Source: Elusimicrobiaceae bacterium (GTDB lineage Bacteria > Elusimicrobiota > Elusimicrobia > Elusimicrobiales > Elusimicrobiaceae). Taken from it: a stretch of DNA of 64,000 bases. The notes beneath the pieces were generated by a model that searched no databases, was not told the origin of the DNA, and saw only the letters and a program-made list of their open reading frames with translations. Shown here piece by piece: positions 9,182-18,229 of this stretch. Where the stretch lies: assembly GCA_017618215.1 (NCBI GenBank), contig JAFZUQ010000001.1:77872-141871 (forward strand), read 5' to 3'. The position numbers were made by a program, and so were the translations under genes. How positions within the stretch are numbered: position 1 is the stretch's first letter; every line of letters starts with the position of its first letter.

Positions 9182-10219
9182 CTATTTAGTTAATTTTATA
9201 CTGCCTGTTTTTGTTATTAAAAAGGTATCTTCATACCTAATACCAAATTTGTTTTTAAAATAAAGCCCGGGTTCTATTGTCGTTATAGCATTTTCTTTGA
9301 CTGTATCTTCGCTCCTTTGGGAAAGTATAGGGCGTTCATGTATTTCAAGTCCCAAGTTATGACCGAGGGAGTGTATAAAATATTTTGAAGCATCAAAATT
9401 GTCTTCAAAATAATTACGTGCTAAAGTGTCTAGTTCTTTTGCACCCTTTCCGGCTTTTAATGCTTTGGCGGAAACTGTATAAGCCTCAAACACCGCCTCA
9501 AAATAATGTTTAAATTCTTGCGTAGGTTTTTTGCCGAACCAAAAAGTACGAGTCATATCAGAACAATAACCTTTATAGCGGCAACCGAAATCTACCAATA
9601 CCGGCATTTCCTTTTTTAATTTCAAATTTGAATTTGCATGATGCGGGTTTGCGGTGTTTTTACCAAAGGCCATAATTGTGTCAAACGCAAGGCCTTGCCC
9701 ACCGAGTTTTGACATAATGTTTTCAAGCAGTTTAGCGGCCTCAATTTCCGTCATTCCGGTCTTTAACTGCTTTTTAAAAATTTCAAAACTTTTTGAAGAT
9801 ATTTCGCAAGCTTTTTTAATGAGTTTTATTTCATCTTTAGTTTTAACTTCGCGAATAATTGAAGTTATTTTTGCAGCTTCTTTAACGCCTGCTTTATATA
9901 AAGCAGTTCCGTTTAAATAAGTAGAGGCACAAGGGTCAAAAACAAAATTCTTTGCTTGTGTACCGAGGTTCTTTATAAGATCGTTAATATCAAGCGAGTT
10001 TACAAAATTCAAAAATGGGCATTTGCTTTTTATGTCAATTAAATACATTTCTTTTGTGTAGCAGGTGGCTTTTTTAGGCGTTACAACAAGCAAAGCATCA
10101 CCTTCGCTGACAAAAGGGAAAGAGGTTAAATAATTAATTGTCAAAATATCTGTAATTACAGCACCGCCGAGTTTTTGCACGGCTAGATATTTTTGAAATT
10201 TTTTAAGTGTTTCCGTCAT
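9182..10219 (-). CDS. M24 family Xaa-Pro peptidase (paralog 1)
   Basis: Metal ligands are conserved: DFGCRYKGYCSD, HSLGHNLG, IEPGLY, IRYED. Confidence 0.8.
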   Translation of the reverse strand: MTETLKKFQKYLAVQKLGGAVITDILTINYLTSFPFVSEGDALLVVTPKKATCYTKEMYLIDIKSKCPFLNFVNSLDINDLIKNLGTQAKNFVFDPCASTYLNGTALYKAGVKEAAKITSIIREVKTKDEIKLIKKACEISSKSFEIFKKQLKTGMTEIEAAKLLENIMSKLGGQGLAFDTIMAFGKNTANPHHANSNLKLKKEMPVLVDFGCRYKGYCSDMTRTFWFGKKPTQEFKHYFEAVFEAYTVSAKALKAGKGAKELDTLARNYFEDNFDASKYFIHSLGHNLGLEIHERPILSQRSEDTVKENAITTIEPGLYFKNKFGIRYEDTFLITKTGSIKLTK

Positions 10220-11265
10220 TTTATTTGTTTTGCCCCTGTTTTAGTCATATAAAAGCAATCTTCATGGCGTACGCCGAATTTACCCGGTAAATATATACCA
10301 GGTTCAATACTAAAGCAATAATTTAGGCCGATTTTATTTTTATTTAATTCGGAAATGTCTGCAAGTTCGTGGTCTTGCATACCGATACCGTGCCCCGTTC
10401 TGTGTGTAAAATATTTGCCGTAACCGGCTTTTTCAATTACGCCGCGGGCAAGAGCATCAATTTGGGCGCCCGTCATACCGTATTTCGCTTTTTTTGCAGC
10501 AGTATCATGTGCTAGAATTGAAAGATCTAAAATCTTTTGATATTCGGGGTTTACTTTGTCCCCAAACCAAAAACAACGTGTGATATCTGAGCAATAACCT
10601 TTGTAAATACAACCGAAATCTAGCAAAACTGCGGTATTATTTTTTAATTTAGTATCGTCGGGTAAATGGTGTGGGTTTGCACCGTTTGCACCAAAAGATA
10701 CCAAGGGAATAAAGGACATTGCGGTTGCGCCGCGTTCGCGCATAAACATTTCAATTTTGAGCGCGACTTGTTTTTCCGTCATACCGGCTTTTATTTCTTT
10801 TTTAATATAGAGCAAAGCACCGTATGCAATTTGTGCGGACTCGCGCATTATTTTAAGTTCCTGTTCGGTTTTTGTCGCGCGTACTAGATTTATAAAGTTT
10901 GAAACGGTTTTAAAACCTGCTTTTTTATAATATTTGGCAGCGGCAAAAAATTCTTTTTCCTCGTCAAAGGCCACTGCTTTTAATTTGAGTGCTTTTGCCT
11001 GTTTAATAATTTCAAAATGTTGATTTTGCTCTAGAGGTATAAATTTGGCTTTTGGGAAATATTTTTTTGAATCGTTTTCATATAATGGACGAGTAACAAT
11101 TACAAGTCCTTTTTTGTGAATAAGAAGAGTAGCTTCGCCTTCACAAAAAATCTCGCCTAACAGGTAGTTCATATCGTGAACATCTGTTAAGATAAGCCCA
11201 TCTAATTTATTTTTTTTGAGGGCTGAAAGGATATTTTTAAATTTTGATTGATCGATACCGGGCAT
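10216..11265 (-). CDS. M24 family Xaa-Pro peptidase (paralog 2)
   Basis: DFGCIYKGYCSD, HRTGHGIG, IEPGIY, VRHED. Has a 4-nt overlap with the downstream paralog. Confidence 0.8.
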   Translation of the reverse strand: MPGIDQSKFKNILSALKKNKLDGLILTDVHDMNYLLGEIFCEGEATLLIHKKGLVIVTRPLYENDSKKYFPKAKFIPLEQNQHFEIIKQAKALKLKAVAFDEEKEFFAAAKYYKKAGFKTVSNFINLVRATKTEQELKIMRESAQIAYGALLYIKKEIKAGMTEKQVALKIEMFMRERGATAMSFIPLVSFGANGANPHHLPDDTKLKNNTAVLLDFGCIYKGYCSDITRCFWFGDKVNPEYQKILDLSILAHDTAAKKAKYGMTGAQIDALARGVIEKAGYGKYFTHRTGHGIGMQDHELADISELNKNKIGLNYCFSIEPGIYLPGKFGVRHEDCFYMTKTGAKQIK

Positions 11266-11334
11266 ATATACCTCTATACATTATAGCAATTATATAGAGA
11301 GTTGTAATAGGAATTTCTGATACCTTAGTTTTCT

Positions 11335-11462
11335 GCTAGCGGCGTCTTTTGGGCCAATTTAAATTTTTCTTATCCTAGTGTACCGAGAGTCGCTTCGCTC
11401 CCGTTCTTCTTGGTACACGTCGTCAAAGAAAAATTTAAATTATCTCCAAAATACTTGCTAGG
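11335..11462. repeat. long-hairpin repeat family, copy 2 (cleanest copy)
   Basis: GCTAGC..CTTTTGG..AATTTAAATTTTTCTT / core ATCCTAGTGTACCGAGAGTCGCTTCGCTCCCGTTCTTCTTGGTACACGTCGTC / AAGAAAAATTTAAATT..CCAAAATACTTGCTAG. Nearly perfect 128-nt foldback. Confidence 0.85.
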
Positions 11463-11484
11463 TGTGTGTACTTGTAGCGCGGCT

Positions 11485-11886
11485 TTATTTTTTGGTTAAT
11501 ATTTTTTGGAGTGCTAAAATGGTTTCATCTTTTGGAAACAGTTTTAATGTTTCTTTGCAATCTAAAATTACCTTTTCAATTTCACCATAACGCATATAAA
11601 AATAAATCCTATCAATATAATTTTGAACATTATTTTTGTTTGCTTTTATTGCTTGGGTGTAAAATTTTTCAGCTTCTTGTTTTAAGCCAACATTTTCACA
11701 TACGGTTATTATATTTTTGCAAGCATAATAATCTTTATATGCTTTCTTAAAATCTTCAACCGCTTTTTTATAATTTTGAATTTTATCATATAATTTTGCC
11801 CTTTCAATATAAAGTTCTTTTATATCCGCGTATTTGTTTATAAGTTTACTATATTCTTTTATTCTTTCTTTAATATTTTCTTTCAT
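11485..11886 (-). CDS. TPR repeat protein
   Basis: 133 aa with repeated A/Y/K 34-residue-like helical pattern (..YKKAVEDFKKAYK.., ..AEKFYTQAIKANK..). Confidence 0.6.
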   Translation of the reverse strand: MKENIKERIKEYSKLINKYADIKELYIERAKLYDKIQNYKKAVEDFKKAYKDYYACKNIITVCENVGLKQEAEKFYTQAIKANKNNVQNYIDRIYFYMRYGEIEKVILDCKETLKLFPKDETILALQKILTKK

Positions 11887-12197
11887 AATTGTATCTCATT
11901 ATTAAAAATTTGAACATAAATAAACGGCTTATTATATTCAATACTTAATGAACCGATTAAATATAACAGCCGTAGTTTGCCATATGGCAAACATTTGACA
12001 CAAAACAAAAGGGGATCAGCCAATTCGTTTTGTGTCTTAACGACTGTTTTTGGTTTCATTAAGTAATTGTTTCCAATTGGGTTTTGTTTTAGCAAAACGC
12101 CCAAAAACAGAATAAATTTTTTAGGGGGGGTAACCCTACATTAAAATTTTAACCTCTATTAAAATTATAATAGCAAATAAACGTTAAATATGCAAAA

Positions 12198-13745
12198 TTA
12201 AACAATCAAACTTTCTGCTGTCATGTCAGACGGTTTGGAAATACCTAAAAGTTTTAAAACCGTCGGGGCAATGTCCGCAAGTTTACCGCCGGCGGCAAGT
12301 TTAATGTCTTGCGCATTATCTGCTACATAAATAAACTCAACAGGGTTTGTTGTATGCGCGGTTTTGGGCATATTGATTTTATCATCCCACATATCTTCCG
12401 CGTTACCGTGGTCGGCGGTAATTAAAATTGCGTAATTTGCCTTTAAAGCCGCTTCAACAACCTTACCGCAACATTCATCAACCACTTCAACAGCTTTTTT
12501 TGCCGCCTCAAAAGAACCTGTGTGGCCAACCATATCACAATTTGCAAAATTTAAAACAACAAAATCATATTTGTTTTTTGAAATTTCCGCAACTGCGCGG
12601 TCCGCAACTGTGCGGGCATCCATTTCCGGGTGCTCGGCGTAAGTGGCCGGGTCAAAAGTGCCTTTGATTTCAATTCTGTCTTCTCCGGAAAAAGGTTTAA
12701 TGAGTTTGCCGTTAAAGAAAGATGTTACATGCTTAAACTTTTGTGTTTCGGCAATTCTAAGTTGCGTTTTGCCGGCTTTTGAAATCACTTCACCGAGCAA
12801 ATTATTCATACTGCCGCCTTCACTCATTGGGGCAAGGGCATTGTATTTAAAACTGTCATAATATTTTGTGAGACCGCAATAAACGATATTCGGTCTGCGG
12901 TTGCGTTTGAGGGGGAAATCTTCTTCCACAAAAGCACGGGTTAACTGTATGGCCCTGTCTTGGCGGAAGTTGAAAAATACAATGCCGTCACCGTCTTTTA
13001 CGCCGGTATAACCCTCAATAACCGTTGGGGGGATATATTCATCCACCATTTTGCTGCCGGACGGTGTTTTATCGTTTTTATAAGAATCTTTAATTGCGTC
13101 TTCAGCACTTTTTGCAACGCGGCCTTTTGCATCTACGATAAGGTCATATGCTTGTGTTGTTAAGTCCCAAGTTTCATTTCTGTCCATTGCATAATAGCGG
13201 CCCATTAAAGTTGCAACGCGGCCGACACCGTACTCTTTAAATTTTTCTTCAAGCATTTTAAGGTAACCGAGGGAACTATTTGGTGGTGTATCGCGCCCGT
13301 CGGCAAAAAAATGTACCCAAACATTTTTAATGCCAAGTTCCGCGGCTTTTTTGATTATATTGTAAAGGTGGTCTTGGTGTGCATGCACGCCTTCATCTTG
13401 CACAAGGCCCATTAAATGCAAAGCGCTGTTATTTTTGATGCAATTATCCAAAACCGCTTTAAAAGCCGGGGTATTATAAATTGAGCCGTCTTCAAAAGCA
13501 TCTTTTAGACGTTTCAATTCCTGTATAACAATACGACCTGCACCCATATTTAAATGCCCAACTTCAGAGGATCCCATATAACCGGCAGGGAGGCCGACTT
13601 CTTCACCAGATGCCTCAATTAAAATATGCGGATATTTTGCCAAATAACTGTTAATATTTGGTGTTTGGGCATTTAAAACTGCATTATTATCTTTATCTTT
13701 TCTTACACCCCAACCGTCGCGAATAAGTAAAACAACTTTTTTCAT
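12198..13745 (-). CDS. gpmI: 2,3-bisphosphoglycerate-independent phosphoglycerate mutase
   Basis: 515 aa. GSSEVGHLNMGAGR (phospho-Ser site), DGRD and ITADHGNAE motifs. Confidence 0.95.
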   Translation of the reverse strand: MKKVVLLIRDGWGVRKDKDNNAVLNAQTPNINSYLAKYPHILIEASGEEVGLPAGYMGSSEVGHLNMGAGRIVIQELKRLKDAFEDGSIYNTPAFKAVLDNCIKNNSALHLMGLVQDEGVHAHQDHLYNIIKKAAELGIKNVWVHFFADGRDTPPNSSLGYLKMLEEKFKEYGVGRVATLMGRYYAMDRNETWDLTTQAYDLIVDAKGRVAKSAEDAIKDSYKNDKTPSGSKMVDEYIPPTVIEGYTGVKDGDGIVFFNFRQDRAIQLTRAFVEEDFPLKRNRRPNIVYCGLTKYYDSFKYNALAPMSEGGSMNNLLGEVISKAGKTQLRIAETQKFKHVTSFFNGKLIKPFSGEDRIEIKGTFDPATYAEHPEMDARTVADRAVAEISKNKYDFVVLNFANCDMVGHTGSFEAAKKAVEVVDECCGKVVEAALKANYAILITADHGNAEDMWDDKINMPKTAHTTNPVEFIYVADNAQDIKLAAGGKLADIAPTVLKLLGISKPSDMTAESLIV

Positions 13746-13746
13746 A

Positions 13747-14343
13747 TTATCTAACTCCTGTAATTTTTAAACCAATTTTTTTTGTTTGTAATTCCACTAG
13801 ATCTTCCACTGTTTGCGCGCCTGATTGCATAAAGTGTTTTAAGAAGTGGTAAAAAATCTTTTCAGCCATAACTGTATCGGCCATGGCCCTATGCCAGCCC
13901 TCACATGAAAAACCAAGTTCCTGTGCAATTATACCTAGGCGGTTTCTTGTAAAGCAACCGTGCGTACGTGCAAATTTAAGTGTATCTAAAGTTGTGACTT
14001 CAGGCATTTTGAGGCCTGCGTTTTCAAATTCATATTTTAAAAACGGAACATCAAAATCGACATTATGGCAAACTAAAATACTGTTTTCCAAGTGTTCTGA
14101 CAAAGTTAAGGCAATATCCCTAAAAAAAGGTGCATCAGCCACCATTTCATTAGTTATACCGTGTATGGCGGTAATATCCGGTGCAATATACATCTCCGGG
14201 TTAATTAATGTATTGTAACTGTCAATGCGTTTGCCTGCTTGGCTTGCAAGTAAGGCGACCTCGCAAATACGGCCACCGCGCGGGAAACTTAAACCCGTTG
14301 TTTCAGTATCTAAACAAACAAATTTTGCATCTTTAATATACAT
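13747..14343 (-). CDS. DnaQ-like 3'-5' exonuclease
   Basis: Exo I CLDTETTGL, Exo II CHNVDFDVPFL, Exo III HRAMADT. Confidence 0.8.
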   Translation of the reverse strand: MYIKDAKFVCLDTETTGLSFPRGGRICEVALLASQAGKRIDSYNTLINPEMYIAPDITAIHGITNEMVADAPFFRDIALTLSEHLENSILVCHNVDFDVPFLKYEFENAGLKMPEVTTLDTLKFARTHGCFTRNRLGIIAQELGFSCEGWHRAMADTVMAEKIFYHFLKHFMQSGAQTVEDLVELQTKKIGLKITGVR

Positions 14344-15055
14344 GATAAATCAGCCACCTCACCCCTATTGCTATTAATAAAGTTAAAATTGTTCCGGCAA
14401 TGTTTTTACCGGACATAAAAGTTACTTCCTTTATCTTAAATATTATGTACAAACAGCCTATCCATATTAAAGCAATTAAAAAGGCGATATTAGATGGTAA
14501 AATCAAAGACATATAAAGACCAGCGCGGTAAATCATGTAAACATATCTTTCATCAAAAGTAGGATAGCTTTTATGTATGAAATCTTTAATAAACAAATGT
14601 ATTAAAACCATTAATAAATGTGAGGAAATTATTAAACCACATAGAATTATTATAAGCTTTAATATCCAAAAAGCAATGGTAGTTCTTTCCGGGGTTAACA
14701 TAAAAGGTGCAACTATGAATAAAATCGCAATTTCAATTATTTGCCAGCAAACAAACATTAAAGCATTCATTCCTATTACATCGTGATTATCAGATGTATC
14801 AATAAAATCGCTGAATATATGTATTAAGGTAAGTAGAAAAATACTTTCAACTCCGTTAAAAGAAACACCTGCTACTGTGAACCATTTTATTTCAAGGTAA
14901 GGTAGGCAACAAATTAAAAGACAAACCAAATACACAAGACCATGTACTGTTAAGCCTTTAAATGGATTACTGATTTTTTTGCGGTAAATATAATCTGTAT
15001 GAAAAGTAAAATCAGCAAGAAAATGTGCGAGCAGTAAATGCCAAAAAACAATCAT
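14333..15055 (-). CDS. DUF3307-like integral membrane protein
   Basis: N-terminal HLLLAHFLADFTF motif (recall of DUF3307) and multiple TM helices. Confidence 0.55.
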   Translation of the reverse strand: MIVFWHLLLAHFLADFTFHTDYIYRKKISNPFKGLTVHGLVYLVCLLICCLPYLEIKWFTVAGVSFNGVESIFLLTLIHIFSDFIDTSDNHDVIGMNALMFVCWQIIEIAILFIVAPFMLTPERTTIAFWILKLIIILCGLIISSHLLMVLIHLFIKDFIHKSYPTFDERYVYMIYRAGLYMSLILPSNIAFLIALIWIGCLYIIFKIKEVTFMSGKNIAGTILTLLIAIGVRWLIYHVY

Positions 15056-17088
15056 TATGCCAACCTCTCTTGTTCCGGATTAATCGGTAAGGTTATATAG
15101 AACTCTGTTCCTTTATTAATTTCGGAAGCAACTTCAATTCTCCCTTGATGTGCTTCTATAATTTGTTTAACTATAGTTAAACCAAGCCCATATCCACGTA
15201 CATTTCTATCGGCTTGATGGTACTTATTAAATATTTTAGGCAATTCTTCTTTAGGTATACCCACCCCTGTATCCTTAATTGTGATTTTATAGTTTTGATT
15301 CTCTTGTTTTATGTCTAAAGAAACATTACCTTTAGATGTGAATTTAATTGCATTTGATATTAAATTAGTAAATACCCTTTCGATTAAATTTTTATCTGCA
15401 GAGATAATCAAATCCTTGTCTGATGTTATTTTTAAATCTAAATTTTTTTGTTTGGCAAGGGGTGTTAGTGCGTAAACTATATCTTGGGCCGATTTTTCCA
15501 GGTCAAATTTAATTTTATTGAGCACCAAAAGCCCACGTTCAAGTTTAGAAATATCCAATATGTTTTCCACCAAACTTACAAGCATTTTTGATGAATTGGA
15601 AATGGCTTTTAACATTTGGTTTTGTTCTTCTCTACTTAAATTTTGTTCTTCTAAGAGCATAATATAACCTTGAATACCAAGTATTGGCGCACGAAGGTCA
15701 TGGGCAACGGCATTAAATACATCATTTTTCATTTCACTTATTTCATGCTCTGATGTTATATCTCTAAATAGGATAATAGCAATAGATTCCTGGCTTTGTA
15801 AACGAAATGTTTCTGTAACTACTTCGAAATATGCGTTTCTTCCATTTCTCATATACTCAAAAATTGTTCCGCTCGGTACTTTTAGTAAATACTTTAGTGA
15901 GTTGTCTTCCAAGTTTTTTAAATGGGTTGTTTTTTCTATATTTTCAGCAAAGGCTTCACTGGTTAGAATATGTTTTGCTGTTTTATTTGAAAATAATTCT
16001 TCACCTTCTAAAGTACACATTATAATACCATCTCTCATTAATCGGGCAAGTAAATTTACTTTGTTCGTCTCTTCAATCAATTTGTCCAGTTGAACTGCTT
16101 GATATTCTTTAAGTTTCATTGCCATGGAGTTGAAAGTTTTTATTAAGGTATCAAATTCTTCCATATATTTTTTTTCGTCAATGTATACGGAAAAATTATT
16201 TTTGGTTATTTCATTTGCCGCTTCTATAAGTTTTTCTATCGGTTCGGCAAAATCCTCTGCGAAATACATTGAAGCGAAATATGACAAAGTTGTTGTGGCT
16301 AATCCAAAAAAGATTATCAACCAAGAAATCAAATTGATAGTAAAAAATGCTTCTTTTTGGTTTTGAAGTAAAAAAAGATATCCTTCGCCTATCGGGTTTT
16401 TAGTATAAGCACCTGCCAAAGTTAAACCTGTTTTAGTTTTAAAATTAGATATTGTTCCTTTTAAATCCAAACTATATTCACTTAAACTTATTATCGGTAA
16501 TGTGTCTTTGCTTAAAATATGATAACCGTCTTTATCTAGGAAATATAAACCTCCGCTTTTTCCGATTTTATGTAATTCCGTTTGTTTAATTAAATCCGTA
16601 ATATCTGTTACAATCAATAAAATATTTCCATTTTTTTGTTTTAAGGTGATAGTAGTATACGGAGAAAAAATATCTTCCGGATAATTTATTTTTATTTCAC
16701 CTTCAGGGATATTCTTTAAGTCATCATTATTTGATAAATCGAGCAACGGTAAATTTTCAAAATTAATATTTTTTGCTCTGGTAAGTTCTTGCCCCTTGGG
16801 GGAAAATATAGCAACGAATAATATATTTGTATCTTGTAATACTTGATTTTTCAAAATGTTTTTTTGTTCTTGCAAAGGTTGATTAATTAGCAATGCATTA
16901 ATGTCCCGGGATAAGTTAAGTGCATAATTCTCCAAAGAGAAAGAGAAAATTTCAACGGTGTTTAAATAGTTTTGGAGGAGTTCCTTCTTCGCATGCTTTT
17001 GATATTGAAATAAAAAAACAATGGTTATTAAAAGAGGTGCAATAATAACAAATAGGAACATCTTAAATAATTTCGGGAATATCTTCAT
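15055..17088 (-). CDS. sensor histidine kinase (no cognate response regulator in window)
   Basis: N-terminal TM, extracytoplasmic domain and second TM. H-box AHDLRAPI, N-box NLISNAIKFT, G-boxes DTGVGI and GYGLGLTIVK. Confidence 0.85.
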   Translation of the reverse strand: MKIFPKLFKMFLFVIIAPLLITIVFLFQYQKHAKKELLQNYLNTVEIFSFSLENYALNLSRDINALLINQPLQEQKNILKNQVLQDTNILFVAIFSPKGQELTRAKNINFENLPLLDLSNNDDLKNIPEGEIKINYPEDIFSPYTTITLKQKNGNILLIVTDITDLIKQTELHKIGKSGGLYFLDKDGYHILSKDTLPIISLSEYSLDLKGTISNFKTKTGLTLAGAYTKNPIGEGYLFLLQNQKEAFFTINLISWLIIFFGLATTTLSYFASMYFAEDFAEPIEKLIEAANEITKNNFSVYIDEKKYMEEFDTLIKTFNSMAMKLKEYQAVQLDKLIEETNKVNLLARLMRDGIIMCTLEGEELFSNKTAKHILTSEAFAENIEKTTHLKNLEDNSLKYLLKVPSGTIFEYMRNGRNAYFEVVTETFRLQSQESIAIILFRDITSEHEISEMKNDVFNAVAHDLRAPILGIQGYIMLLEEQNLSREEQNQMLKAISNSSKMLVSLVENILDISKLERGLLVLNKIKFDLEKSAQDIVYALTPLAKQKNLDLKITSDKDLIISADKNLIERVFTNLISNAIKFTSKGNVSLDIKQENQNYKITIKDTGVGIPKEELPKIFNKYHQADRNVRGYGLGLTIVKQIIEAHQGRIEVASEINKGTEFYITLPINPEQERLA

Positions 17089-17104
17089 TTAGCTACTCAA
17101 CTAC

Positions 17105-17788
17105 TTAAATATCTTTTATGCCTGCCTTTTCAAAACCGGCTTTTCTAAGACGACACGCATCGCATTTGCCGCAAGGTTTTTGACCGCCGCGGTAACAACT
17201 CCACGTTGACGCAAAAGGAACACCCAGCTTAGCACCTAATTTTGCAATTTGTGCTTTACTAAGTTTAAGTAATGGTGTCAAAACTGCTATACGAGGGCCA
17301 CCGACGGCTGAACGTGTTCCTTCAAAAATGGCGCGTTCCAAAGGTATATAGAATCTGGGACGGCAATCAGGGTAACCGGAATAATCAACTGAATTTGCTC
17401 CTAAAACTATGGCACTTGCACCGATACTATCTGCTAAAGAAGCGGCGATAGATGCGAAAATTAAATTCCTTGCAGGAACGTATGTGGACGGTAAACGTCC
17501 AATAGTTTTGATCTTAGATAAAGGCTCATTAGGAATTGCTACTTTGTTTCCTACCAAAGATGTAACGTCCTCTAGCCAGGGTAAATTTAAACTTATTTCA
17601 ATTAATTTGACCTTCAAATCTTTACATATTTTACGGCAGCAGTCCCTTTCTTTCTTATGTTTTTGGCCATAAGCTATGTTTAAACAAACACATTCATACC
17701 CTTGGTTTAAAGCCCAATATAAACAAGTGGTTGAATCTAGACCACCAGAATGTAAAATAATTGCTTTTTTTGTTTTTTTAATAGACAT
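17105..17788 (-). CDS. queC: 7-cyano-7-deazaguanine synthase
   Basis: PP-loop HSGGLDSTT and C-terminal Zn-Cys cluster CYRGGQKPCGKCDACRLR. Confidence 0.9.
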   Translation of the reverse strand: MSIKKTKKAIILHSGGLDSTTCLYWALNQGYECVCLNIAYGQKHKKERDCCRKICKDLKVKLIEISLNLPWLEDVTSLVGNKVAIPNEPLSKIKTIGRLPSTYVPARNLIFASIAASLADSIGASAIVLGANSVDYSGYPDCRPRFYIPLERAIFEGTRSAVGGPRIAVLTPLLKLSKAQIAKLGAKLGVPFASTWSCYRGGQKPCGKCDACRLRKAGFEKAGIKDI

Positions 17789-17792
17789 TATT

Positions 17793-18221
17793 TTATTCTC
17801 CTAGCTCGGCGGTTTGTGCGAACTTAGTGATTTTATCCATATCCTCTTCACTAATATCATCAACATATCTAACTAAATTTGTTGCCAAAGTTATTGGGCG
17901 ATGGTTAGTATTATCTTCATCGAAATACTGTTTTATTAATATAGCATTTGCACCATGCGCTGCTGCAAACCTTTTTAAACGCAAAATACTGGCTTCAACT
18001 ACTTTAGGATCATTTGGTAAATTCTTAATACGTTGTACACCGATATTCGACCAAGGACGTGTAATTTGGGTTACATGTGTGAACATAGGTAAGTCTTTAC
18101 CATCTTGTACTTGAATAGATAAATTTTGCGGCCCTATTGGTATATAATCTTCCTTACCTTGCATTGAAACGCAAGCGTTTAAAGAAAATAAAACTAAAGT
18201 TAAAAATAAGTATTTTTTCAT
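17793..18221 (-). CDS. putative lipoprotein (hypothetical)
   Basis: Signal MKKYLFLTLVLFSLNAC with a lipobox. 142 aa. Confidence 0.55.
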   Translation of the reverse strand: MKKYLFLTLVLFSLNACVSMQGKEDYIPIGPQNLSIQVQDGKDLPMFTHVTQITRPWSNIGVQRIKNLPNDPKVVEASILRLKRFAAAHGANAILIKQYFDEDNTNHRPITLATNLVRYVDDISEEDMDKITKFAQTAELGE

Positions 18222-18229
18222 ATAATCTC

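Noticed and set aside
11883-12104. 73-aa ORF upstream of the TPR gene.
   Set aside because: No SD and an odd composition. It spans the palindrome and hairpin region, so it is more likely non-coding. Kept only as part of the finding on that gap.
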